This document shows, in pieces, positions 1 through 7,391 of a stretch of 36,046 nt of DNA; the stretch's first letter is position 1, and each line of letters starts with the position of its first letter. The stretch lies in the IMG/VR virus record IMGVR_UViG_3300022697_000115, positions 1 to 36,046 of that record; one strand, given 5' to 3'. A program made the translations under genes and the position numbers. The DNA is from a virus (taxonomy: Duplodnaviria > Caudoviricetes). Under the pieces are notes generated by a model, which worked only from the letters and a program-made list of their open reading frames with translations, did not search any database and had not been told where the DNA came from.

Positions 1-99
1 TCGATATACGTGACTTTGCAAACATACATCAGTTAATAGACGTTTCTGAACTCAAGTCAAAAATAGCAAACGCAGAAACACTGAATGGTTATCTTAGAG
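1..99. repeat. Terminal direct repeat, copy 1 (circular assembly overlap)
   Basis: Bases 1-99 are identical to 35948-36046, and an ORF continues in frame across the join. Confidence 0.97.
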
Positions 100-527
100 A
101 TAAGGAATCTCACAGAGTTTTAGTTGAGCGCATCAAAAAAGGCAATTCAATTGTAACTGGCTACACTAATCGGATTGCCGAGATCGACGAAGACAAAAAA
201 ACGCAACTCGAAACAACAAAGTTTCCGGTTGATGGCCTTGGCTTTGATAGTGCTGGCGTTACGTTTAATAACATCCCCTTACTGCAAGCCTCCTTTGCTG
301 AGCAACTCAAAGTCAGCACCGCGATGGCAATGTCCTTTAATCCTGAGTTGCGCGTCATCCGCATAACTGACGGATCTATGCTTGATAGTGACAGCATGGC
401 CATGATGGAAAAAATTGCTCAAGAGAATGATTATCAAATTTGGGTTGAGGTTGTGGATGATACCGGGCAAGTAGGCGTTTACATAGAAGATGGCATGGTA
501 GCAGAAGCCAAAGACAGTGCTGCATAA
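1..527 (+). CDS. SMC/Rad50-like AAA ATPase, C-terminal part
   Basis: Open frame from base 3 to the stop at 527; QASFAEQ signature-like motif and RVIRITDGSMLD Walker B-like motif; in frame with 35266. Confidence 0.85.
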   Translation, partial: DIRDFANIHQLIDVSELKSKIANAETLNGYLRDKESHRVLVERIKKGNSIVTGYTNRIAEIDEDKKTQLETTKFPVDGLGFDSAGVTFNNIPLLQASFAEQLKVSTAMAMSFNPELRVIRITDGSMLDSDSMAMMEKIAQENDYQIWVEVVDDTGQVGVYIEDGMVAEAKDSAA

Positions 528-670
528 TGCCTAACAGCAAACCTCCTTCTCGCGCCACAAAGGATAGAAAAAACGCCCGCGAGCGGGAGAAAAGAATGAC
601 TAGTAACAGCAATTGGTTGAGTGACTTCGATCGGTATTGGTTGATGCATCCTTGGAGGGTAGTTAAGTGA
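527..670 (+). CDS. Small hypothetical protein (47 aa, MPNSKPPSRATK...)
   Basis: Start and stop overlap both neighbours (TAATG and GTGA). Confidence 0.5.
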   Translation: MPNSKPPSRATKDRKNAREREKRMTSNSNWLSDFDRYWLMHPWRVVK

Positions 671-1050
671 CTCACGGCGTAAAAATAAATTTTGGTAAGC
701 ACAAAGGTGATTTATTTACTCGGTTACCGGTTAGCTATCTGAAATGGATGGTTAACTCGAAAGCCCCTATGGCCGATATCGCGAAGGCTGAATTTGAACG
801 ACGCGGCGACACGATGCCACTAGTTGAGTTGTCCGGCCATGCAATCGATAACGCCAGCCTGAGAGTTAGAAAGATCTGGCACGAGGATCGTGGCGACGAA
901 GAAGGCCTGTATAGCTGGTTGCAACGGGTAACTCTCGAAGCAATAAAGCATGGTAAAAAATTGGAATCTGGAAAAATCAAACACAAAGGCATGAAGCTGG
1001 TTATTGAACAAGGTGAAGAATTCCCGGTATTGAAAACGATAATGAGGTAA
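667..1050 (+). CDS. Hypothetical protein with DUF3820/ExoX C-terminal-like N-terminal motif
   Basis: INFGKHKG...LPVSYLKW motif. Confidence 0.65.
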   Translation: MTHGVKINFGKHKGDLFTRLPVSYLKWMVNSKAPMADIAKAEFERRGDTMPLVELSGHAIDNASLRVRKIWHEDRGDEEGLYSWLQRVTLEAIKHGKKLESGKIKHKGMKLVIEQGEEFPVLKTIMR

Positions 1051-1052
1051 GT

Positions 1053-1217
1053 ATGAAATTAACTGACAGACTTTATTGGTTTTTTCGTAATTTAATTGCG
1101 TTCACCCTAATTATACTTTTTTCTCCTTTTACTATTTTAATCGCGGCTTTTAGGCTTATTGGAATATTGCTCGTAACTGATGGTAGCGAGGTTTTATGTT
1201 TCCCTTGGGAAAAATAA
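1053..1217 (+). CDS. Small membrane protein (54 aa)
   Basis: GAGG RBS, hydrophobic sequence, fills the operon gap. Confidence 0.5.
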   Translation: MKLTDRLYWFFRNLIAFTLIILFSPFTILIAAFRLIGILLVTDGSEVLCFPWEK

Positions 1218-1260
1218 TGCCTAACTCTAAACCAATCCTATTCAACGGCGAAGTGTCGAA

Positions 1261-1533
1261 GTGACTCAAACCATAATTGGCTCGGCAATTGAAGCGGTAG
1301 CAAATACACTAATAGGTTTCGGCGTGGCACTACTTTCACAATTAATTATATTTCCGTTATTTGGGATACATATAACTTTATCAACAAATATCTGGATTTG
1401 CTTATGGTTCAGTTTTGTTAGTGTAGCGCGAGGTTATATTTTGCGCCGATGGTTTAACGCGAGACTAAGTAAATGCGCTGAGAAAATAGAATTATTTGAT
1501 ATACCAAAATTTCTACGGCGTGGTAATGATTAA
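1261..1533 (+). CDS. Two-TM phage membrane protein
   Basis: EAVANTLIGF...FPLFG...SVARGYILRRWFN pattern common in phages. Confidence 0.7.
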   Translation: MTQTIIGSAIEAVANTLIGFGVALLSQLIIFPLFGIHITLSTNIWICLWFSFVSVARGYILRRWFNARLSKCAEKIELFDIPKFLRRGND

Positions 1534-1730
1534 TGAAAGTCGGCATAGTCCTAGACAAATGGAAGCTTAAAATATTTAAGAAAAACTTGGATAAGCATGG
1601 TTATGTATACGAACAAAGTAAAGGTCCGCATCGCACAATAATGCTGTCAGTAGAAACAGACGATATCGATAAACTAACGCCGATCATTAAGCAAATGAAC
1701 GACGAAGCGGCTAGATTAAAGAGGCATTGA
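1533..1730 (+). CDS. Hypothetical protein
   Basis: Start overlaps the upstream stop (TAATG). Confidence 0.6.
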   Translation: MKVGIVLDKWKLKIFKKNLDKHGYVYEQSKGPHRTIMLSVETDDIDKLTPIIKQMNDEAARLKRH

Positions 1731-1858
1731 TATGGGTAAATTCCCCGACATGGACCTAGAAAGCGTTTTTAAAGGCGTTATTGGATATTGGAAATACATT
1801 AAGGGGCCAGAGGATGAGTAACGACAAATAAAGAACGATATAAAAAGGAGATAAAGGT

Positions 1859-2119
1859 ATGAGTGATCAAGAAACCCACCCAGTACAAACACCAGGGTAC
1901 GGCAGCAGAGAAAAAGCAAGGATATCAACTAGAATTACGTTACGTGCTTATGAAGTTTATTGTCATTTATTTGGCCCACAAGAAGCAATGATTACGGGTA
2001 GTTGTCGCGGTGGATTTAGTGCCGGTGAATTGATTTCGTTTTTGTATATTCACTCGTTTCCAAAAGACGAATGGAAAGACAGGTTTGCAGAAACATTTGA
2101 AGGGATGAAAGGCTTGTAA
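1859..2119 (+). CDS. Hypothetical phage protein
   Basis: AGGAG/AAGG RBS, operon context. Confidence 0.65.
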   Translation: MSDQETHPVQTPGYGSREKARISTRITLRAYEVYCHLFGPQEAMITGSCRGGFSAGELISFLYIHSFPKDEWKDRFAETFEGMKGL

Positions 2120-2121
2120 TC

Positions 2122-2325
2122 ATGACTGACCTTCGAAAAGATTATTTCGACGAAAAAGAAGCGGCCGCGTATATGTGTGTTTCTTCTAGCAAATTTCGCC
2201 AGATGGTCAACGAGTATACAATAAGTGTTGGACATTTTGGTAAAAAAAAGATATACCGGAAAACTGATTTGCAACGAGTAATCGAACAGGAAGCATTTAA
2301 TGGCAAGTATTTATCAGCGCAATGA
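2122..2325 (+). CDS. xis: Excisionase-like HTH protein
   Basis: YFDEKEAAAYMCVSSSKF HTH_17-like motif; overlaps the integrase start. Confidence 0.8.
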   Translation: MTDLRKDYFDEKEAAAYMCVSSSKFRQMVNEYTISVGHFGKKKIYRKTDLQRVIEQEAFNGKYLSAQ

Positions 2326-3292
2326 TACTAAATCTTGGTATCTCAAGTGGAACCAGGGCGGTAAATCTTACGCCGTAAACCTGACGAAAAAATATAAAGT
2401 TATTCTCGAAAAAGAAGCGCTGAAGTATAAACAAGCAAAAGAAACTGAGCTTCGTTTCGGTAAGAAAATTCTAAGCGATAACCTGATTTTTTTGAACTAC
2501 GCAGAACAATACAAAGATTGGTTTGTTGTCGAATATCCAACCTCGTACTATCGCATCGAGCAATTAATCAATCAACATCTAGCGCCCTACTTTAATTTTA
2601 TGCCAATTGATTGCATTCGAATTCGCGACGTCGAGCTGTATAAAGTTCAGCGATTAAAGACCGGAATTAAGCGCGCTACCGTAACGAAGGAAATGCGAAC
2701 ACTAAAAGCTATGCTTAATAAAGCTTGTCAGTGGGAATACCTAAATTTTAATCCGATCGCTAACTTAACGTATCCAAAAAACATTGACTCCGCGCCGGCG
2801 AAGTTTTTTACTGTTGATGAATTGGAGCTGATTTACAACAAATCAGACCGGGCGCATTGGTGGCGATTTTTGGCTAATACAGGATTACGTCGCGGGGAAG
2901 CCTTGGCGCTGCAACGCAAATGGATTGGATCAGACGGCCTAAAAGTCGTGTCTACCGAGTCAGCAAGAACCAAGTCTGGTCAGTGGCGCGACATTCCGCT
3001 ATTCGAAGGTGCCAAAGAGGCCCTAGATAATTTCGAAAACAAAGAGAAGCATCTTTATCCGCGCATAAATCCTAGCAGTATGAGTCGAGCGGCTATCAAG
3101 GATTTCCAGCGCGCTGGTGTTGGTGGATCAATGCACGCACTTAGACACTCGTTTTGTTCTCATCTAGTGATGGACGGTACGAGCCTGCGAGTAGTGCAAC
3201 AATTAGCCGGACACTCAAAAATCGAAGTTACCGAAAAATATGCTCATTTGTCGCCGGATTTCATCGCGCAGAATGTAAAACTGAAAATTTAG
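2300..3292 (+). CDS. int: Tyrosine recombinase (phage integrase)
   Basis: TGLRRGE, HALRH, LAGH and terminal YAH catalytic motifs; adjacent to attP. Confidence 0.95.
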   Translation: MASIYQRNDTKSWYLKWNQGGKSYAVNLTKKYKVILEKEALKYKQAKETELRFGKKILSDNLIFLNYAEQYKDWFVVEYPTSYYRIEQLINQHLAPYFNFMPIDCIRIRDVELYKVQRLKTGIKRATVTKEMRTLKAMLNKACQWEYLNFNPIANLTYPKNIDSAPAKFFTVDELELIYNKSDRAHWWRFLANTGLRRGEALALQRKWIGSDGLKVVSTESARTKSGQWRDIPLFEGAKEALDNFENKEKHLYPRINPSSMSRAAIKDFQRAGVGGSMHALRHSFCSHLVMDGTSLRVVQQLAGHSKIEVTEKYAHLSPDFIAQNVKLKI

Positions 3293-3354
3293 ATTTGCCG
3301 TAGCTAACGTAGCGAAATGGTACTAGATAATACTAAATAATGGCAATTAGTGAA

Positions 3355-3386
3355 TAAAAAAGGGCCAGCGAAAAACGCTAACCCTT
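3355..3386 (-). terminator. Rho-independent terminator downstream of the tRNA 3' fragment
   Basis: Minus strand AGGGTTAGCG-TTTTT-CGCTGGCCCT-TTTTT. Confidence 0.7.
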
Positions 3387-3395
3387 TGATTATAT

Positions 3396-3442
3396 TGGCG
3401 TCCCCAAGGGGATTCGAACCCCTGTTACCGCCGTGAAAGGGC
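3396..3442 (-). other. attP core: 3' portion of tRNA-Glu(TTC)
   Basis: Reverse complement GCCCTTTCACGGCGGTAACAGGGGTTCGAATCCCCTTGGGGACGCCA gives anticodon arm, T-arm and CCA; the 5' half is absent. Confidence 0.92.
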
Positions 3443-3685
3443 CAGCTAGGCCCTTGATTGATCTAAATAATAATTTTTAACGTAGCTAAACCGTAGCTTT
3501 TACGATGATTTGTAGTTAATTTACGCACTACAACCCCATTATAGTGAGAAAGTAAGCCTACCTTATTGATTTATATATAAATAATATGTTTTTGTAGGTT
3601 ACAAATTAGACCATATTTGATTATATGTGGTCAAATTAATCAATAGCTTAGTGCAGCTTTTGCGAATACAATAATTAAATAAGAT

Positions 3686-3713
3686 TTGACTTAGGCGATA
3701 TAACGCCTATAAT
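3686..3713 (+). promoter_or_regulatory. Sigma70 promoter with internal palindromic operator
   Basis: TTGACT-16-TATAAT; TAGGCG-atataa-CGCCTA inverted repeat spans the spacer. Confidence 0.8.
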
Positions 3714-3762
3714 TAACTCATCAACAACAAACGAGCCCCAAGCGGGCGAGAGGATAATCCAA

Positions 3763-4236
3763 ATGAAAGCAACTATCACTAAAACAACATCCGGCGGCGC
3801 AAAAATTACAGTAACTCACAGCGCATGCTTTTTAGATAAGTCAGCAGACGGCCAAGTCTACGGTAGTGAGTTTTTTAGCTCGCTAGACTGGATACAGCTA
3901 AGCAAGGACGGAAAAGACCTACTAGGCGGTAAAGAGGTCTCTACGACTCTCCCTGGTTTGCCCAGCGGTGCTGTAGCTGCATTACGCAACGGAAATAAAG
4001 CTCAGCCGATTTCGCAGGAAACCTTCGATTTGATAAATATGGCAAAAGAAGAAGCTAAAGAAGCTGCTGAAAAAGAATTCGGCGATATTCCAAAAAAATT
4101 AGAAATGGAAGAAAATGAAAAAATAGAGCGCATGTCCGCAAATTTCGACGCTGAACAAAAAGAAATCAAATCAAAAGTAGAAAGAGGATTTTGCTTAAAG
4201 TGTAAATCCTACTGTTTTGGTGATTGTAGCGCTTAA
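3763..4236 (+). CDS. Hypothetical protein with C-terminal Cys4 motif (candidate anti-defence)
   Basis: GFCLKCKSYCFGDC; first gene after the strong promoter; GAGGA RBS. Confidence 0.75.
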   Translation: MKATITKTTSGGAKITVTHSACFLDKSADGQVYGSEFFSSLDWIQLSKDGKDLLGGKEVSTTLPGLPSGAVAALRNGNKAQPISQETFDLINMAKEEAKEAAEKEFGDIPKKLEMEENEKIERMSANFDAEQKEIKSKVERGFCLKCKSYCFGDCSA

Positions 4237-4245
4237 TTATTAAGA

Positions 4246-4360
4246 GTCGCCCTCCGGGGTGTTGGATTGAAACTGTCAATTATTGGTTTTTATTAGTCGC
4301 GCCTACGGGCGTGCGGGTTGAAACTTTTAAATGTTTTTTGTAATGCGCCCCTCGCGGGCG
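4246..4360 (+). CRISPR. Degenerate type I-C-like mini-array: two repeat mimics plus a third hairpin, with 22 and 20 nt spacers
   Basis: GTCGCCCTCCGGGGTGTTGGATTGAAAC (4246-4273), GTCGCGCCTACGGGCGTGCGGGTTGAAAC (4296-4324), GCGCCCCTCGCGGGCG (4345-4360); no cas genes in the genome. Confidence 0.7.
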
Positions 4361-4373
4361 AAAGGAAATCTAA

Positions 4374-4631
4374 ATGAATCATCAAATTAAAATTAATCGC
4401 GCAGCAAAATTAGCACCTAAGCTGCCTATGGCGGCACGCGAAATTTGGAAATCTATCCCTGAGTCGCTTACTAAGTCACTGAGCGCAAAAGAATTAGCTC
4501 AAGTCGTCAATGCGCTAGACTCACACTGGCACAGATCAGGGGCACACAAAGAAAAAGAGATCATTAACGAGGGGTGCGTCTGGTCTGACAAACGTAACGC
4601 GTTACTCGATGTAGTGCTCCCAAATGCCTAA
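4374..4631 (+). CDS. Hypothetical protein (candidate Acr)
   Basis: AAGGA RBS, 85 aa, operon context. Confidence 0.7.
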   Translation: MNHQIKINRAAKLAPKLPMAAREIWKSIPESLTKSLSAKELAQVVNALDSHWHRSGAHKEKEIINEGCVWSDKRNALLDVVLPNA

Positions 4632-4923
4632 GCGATTAACTATAACAAAACGTATACGCAAAGTTAAAAGCCAGGAAAGCAAGACGCTTCTTGGCATAGG
4701 CTGGGCGGTTAGTTGGGATCGAGAGCAAACCCAGTTAATCAAGCGACTTGGTGTTGCTGTAAGAGATGACGATTTTAACGAGCTTTGTATTTGTGTTGGA
4801 CAACTTAAAGAGATGTCCGAGAAAAAGTTTTCCGCACTTAAGAACGTCATTAATATAGTTTCTGGCACCGAGGGAGAAATTGACTTAGCAGCCTCCGAAA
4901 AATTTTATCTGGAAAGAAAATAA
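4624..4923 (+). CDS. Hypothetical protein
   Basis: Overlaps the upstream gene end; 99 aa. Confidence 0.65.
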   Translation: MPKRLTITKRIRKVKSQESKTLLGIGWAVSWDREQTQLIKRLGVAVRDDDFNELCICVGQLKEMSEKKFSALKNVINIVSGTEGEIDLAASEKFYLERK

Positions 4924-4959
4924 ATCTAACAAAAAGTAAGATGCAGCGGGGAAAATAAA

Positions 4960-5169
4960 ATGAAAATACGCTTAATTACTCAAGATTACAGCGCGGTTAA
5001 TATTATAAATAGATCAGAGTTAACGGCATATCAAGAGCGCGCCTACGCGTTTGGACTTAAAATGCTAAGAGTTGAAAATCCTTTTTTACGGATTGAGGCG
5101 CGGTCTAGATTGGGTGTAAACAAATTATGCTTTAGCGACCCTTATCATCGTTTAGACCCAGACAGTTAA
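4960..5169 (+). CDS. Hypothetical protein
   Basis: GGGG RBS, 69 aa. Confidence 0.55.
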   Translation: MKIRLITQDYSAVNIINRSELTAYQERAYAFGLKMLRVENPFLRIEARSRLGVNKLCFSDPYHRLDPDS

Positions 5170-5198
5170 TTTAATTATTTTTTTTGAGGATTATAAAA

Positions 5199-5462
5199 AT
5201 GAACTTAAAAAACCTGTCGGAAATTACAAAAGAATTGATTAATGATACAAAACTGGCTTTTGAAGTAAATTTTATGCTGGGAGCGTTTGAAGTGTTAAAC
5301 GAAAAGGAATTGCTTTTCACAGTTTTTTTAAATATCGATAGTGGCTACGATGTCATAGACGTGGGCTCGTTTAAAGAATCTGAAAATTTTATTGATTTAG
5401 AAGAAATCAGCTCAGCTGAAGCATTACAGTCAATATGTGGTTTATTAATAAAGTATAAATAA
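5199..5462 (+). CDS. Small acidic hypothetical protein (candidate Acr)
   Basis: GAGGA RBS before the ATG at 5199; Glu/Asp rich. Confidence 0.65.
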   Translation: MNLKNLSEITKELINDTKLAFEVNFMLGAFEVLNEKELLFTVFLNIDSGYDVIDVGSFKESENFIDLEEISSAEALQSICGLLIKYK

Positions 5463-5488
5463 CCGACAACGCAAACGTGGTAAATTAG

Positions 5489-5911
5489 ATGATAGAAATT
5501 ACAAACGATGGCCCGTCTATTGTAAGCACAAACTATTTTGATACTGAACACGCAGAAAAAGGATTTTTTTATCTGACGTGGAATGCGGGCGTGGGTAGGA
5601 TATTAGTTCCTGACGTGCAATTAAGTGCTTTAAACGAAATGGAAACCGCCGATTTTGTGATTGTCTCGCGTGGTTCTTGGGCCGATCAGAACGACCGGGA
5701 GGCGCTAGAATTGTTATGGGAAGACAGCTCAAAGTCGCCGTATGTCATCACGTTAGTAACAGAACAGTGTGACAGGCTGTTACCTGACACGGATCAAGGT
5801 GGTGGCTTTAAAATCGCCGCGTGGACACGCTCAGGAATAGCTAATGAATGGCCGGGAAAATACCGCGAAGTTGAAAACCTGCCGTTTTTAAAGTCATGGA
5901 AAGAACATTAA
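5489..5911 (+). CDS. Conserved mobile-element protein, resembling plasmid CcgAII-type proteins
   Basis: WNAGxxRxLVPD...ALELLWED...EQCDRLLP...QGGGF...WTR motifs recalled from plasmid proteins; family name uncertain. Confidence 0.55.
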   Translation: MIEITNDGPSIVSTNYFDTEHAEKGFFYLTWNAGVGRILVPDVQLSALNEMETADFVIVSRGSWADQNDREALELLWEDSSKSPYVITLVTEQCDRLLPDTDQGGGFKIAAWTRSGIANEWPGKYREVENLPFLKSWKEH

Positions 5912-5965
5912 ATAGCTCAAAGGCGAGCGGTAACTCAGTTATTAATTGTAAAATACGCGAAGGCA

Positions 5966-6232
5966 ATGAAAAATAATCTAACAACAACTTACATCGAATT
6001 TACGACACTCCAGCCCGGTTACGAAAAAGTTGACTGCGCGAGAGATTTGGCAGAAAGTTTTGATAGAGCGTACGACGTTAACAAGCTTAATAAATGGGCG
6101 CGTGGCGGAGAATCTTTACCTAAAAATGTGCGTGATCACATGCTACGTACTGTACTCGGGTATGCGATCGAGAAAGCTGGCGGGCACCTTGATGACGATA
6201 TCATTGATGATGTTTGCGATAGGATTATATGA
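5966..6232 (+). CDS. HTH-like protein (candidate Aca-type regulator)
   Basis: CARDLAESF...VNKLNKWARGGESLP resembles an XRE/Cro HTH. Confidence 0.55.
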   Translation: MKNNLTTTYIEFTTLQPGYEKVDCARDLAESFDRAYDVNKLNKWARGGESLPKNVRDHMLRTVLGYAIEKAGGHLDDDIIDDVCDRII

Positions 6233-6510
6233 CTGACCTAGAAACCCTATCAGCCCAACATGCCGCCCACAGCAGCGACGAGATTGATGCAATCAAGGAA
6301 GCGGCAATGGATATCATGCAGGTCCGCAAAGGTCAGCGTGCTGGTGTTAAGCGAGTATTAGATGTAGCGTTGTATCTTATTGCTAAGAAGCTTACGCCCG
6401 ATATGATTAATGTTGTGCGGGATGCGCCAAAACCGCCGCCGGAACCTAAAAATAAAGTCTTGGCTAGCCCTTTTCTGAGTGAAGATGACCACAGAAAATA
6501 CAAAACGTAG
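6229..6510 (+). CDS. Hypothetical protein
   Basis: ATGA overlap with the upstream gene. Confidence 0.65.
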   Translation: MTDLETLSAQHAAHSSDEIDAIKEAAMDIMQVRKGQRAGVKRVLDVALYLIAKKLTPDMINVVRDAPKPPPEPKNKVLASPFLSEDDHRKYKT

Positions 6511-6526
6511 AATCGTATGTAGCGAC

Positions 6527-6814
6527 TCAGTGGATTTGCTGCGCTTTAATGATTACATCGATTCGGCTTCGTTTAATTTTTATCAGTGAGTCGAGCACTT
6601 TTATTTTTACCGGGTCTGTCTCCCAGCCACGCTGTATCTCCAATTCTTCCGCGCGCTCTTGAAGTCTCGACAACGTTATGATCGTTACAATTTTAACCCC
6701 GTCCTCTTTTTTCATCCATCGAGCGTCCCCAGCCCAAGCGGCACCGCTGAGTAGTATTATGATGCCGAGATAAATTGTACGGAAGTCTGCAAATATGCTG
6801 GCGATCTTTTTCAT
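6527..6814 (-). CDS. Membrane-anchored coiled-coil protein (possibly lysis associated)
   Basis: N-terminal hydrophobic helix; coupled to the holin-like gene. Confidence 0.6.
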   Translation of the reverse strand: MKKIASIFADFRTIYLGIIILLSGAAWAGDARWMKKEDGVKIVTIITLSRLQERAEELEIQRGWETDPVKIKVLDSLIKIKRSRIDVIIKAQQIH

Positions 6815-7380
6815 TTCTTTAGCGCTCCGATTAGGTTGGCAATTGATCCAAACGGTTGCTCGGTTGCCGCACTATATCGCGCCATTTTTTCTTTTGTACG
6901 CATCCCGAAATAGGATCGCAGTAAAACGGTAGGTGTGGCAATAATGGCTAGCATAAGCTGCCATGAGTTCGCGAGCGCCGATAACGTATTGCTGTCTTCT
7001 GTTGCTATCGCTACAGCCCAAACCAAAACAAAGATAATAACAACCACGACGACTACCCAAGCCATCATTAGCGCTATAAATGGTCGAGTGCTTGATCCGG
7101 CTTCATCAGCTTGCGCGAGTGATGCCTGTATCCCCTCCCATGCGCTTATTTCTGCGATCTGTACATCAAGCTGTTTTTCCATTAATGACGCTCGCTGCGC
7201 AGGAGGCAACTGCTGTACTGCCAGCCTAATATCTCCGCCCGTCGCCGAATCTGGTAGTTTTTTATCATCGGGTAGAATTGCATTTATAGCACCAAGGATT
7301 GCAGGCCCTCCCGGTATAAACGTGGACGCAACAGAAAGAAGCGGACCTTTTAATGTTTCGAATAATTTGCTGAAATTCAA
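6811..7380 (-). CDS. Holin-like protein (GTA holin 3TM-like)
   Basis: PGGPAI N-terminus, TRPFIA followed by TM segments, YFGMR C-terminal motif. Confidence 0.7.
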   Translation of the reverse strand: MNFSKLFETLKGPLLSVASTFIPGGPAILGAINAILPDDKKLPDSATGGDIRLAVQQLPPAQRASLMEKQLDVQIAEISAWEGIQASLAQADEAGSSTRPFIALMMAWVVVVVVIIFVLVWAVAIATEDSNTLSALANSWQLMLAIIATPTVLLRSYFGMRTKEKMARYSAATEQPFGSIANLIGALKK

Positions 7381-7391
7381 AAAAATCCCCT

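Larger units (their letters stand above)
3298..3499. promoter_or_regulatory. attP region: paired CGTAGC arm-type repeats and an IHF site flanking the core
   Basis: ccgtagctaacgtagc (3298-3313) and acgtagctaaaccgtagc (3480-3497); WATCAANNNNTTR match on the minus strand at 3379-3391. Confidence 0.65.

Noticed and set aside
1-99. Biological terminal repeat or LTR
   Set aside because: An exact 99-bp overlap in the middle of an ORF is typical of assembler circularisation; P22-like phages are headful packagers
3396-3442. Functional phage tRNA-Glu gene
   Set aside because: The D-arm and 5' acceptor strand are missing; it is the att core
3579-3600. Self-target of the second spacer (atgtttttgta) upstream of the operon promoter
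   Set aside because: Short, gapped, low-complexity AT match that is expected by chance
4246-4360. Canonical active CRISPR array
   Set aside because: Repeats are non-identical, spacers are only 20-22 nt, and there are no cas genes; kept as a repeat mimic instead
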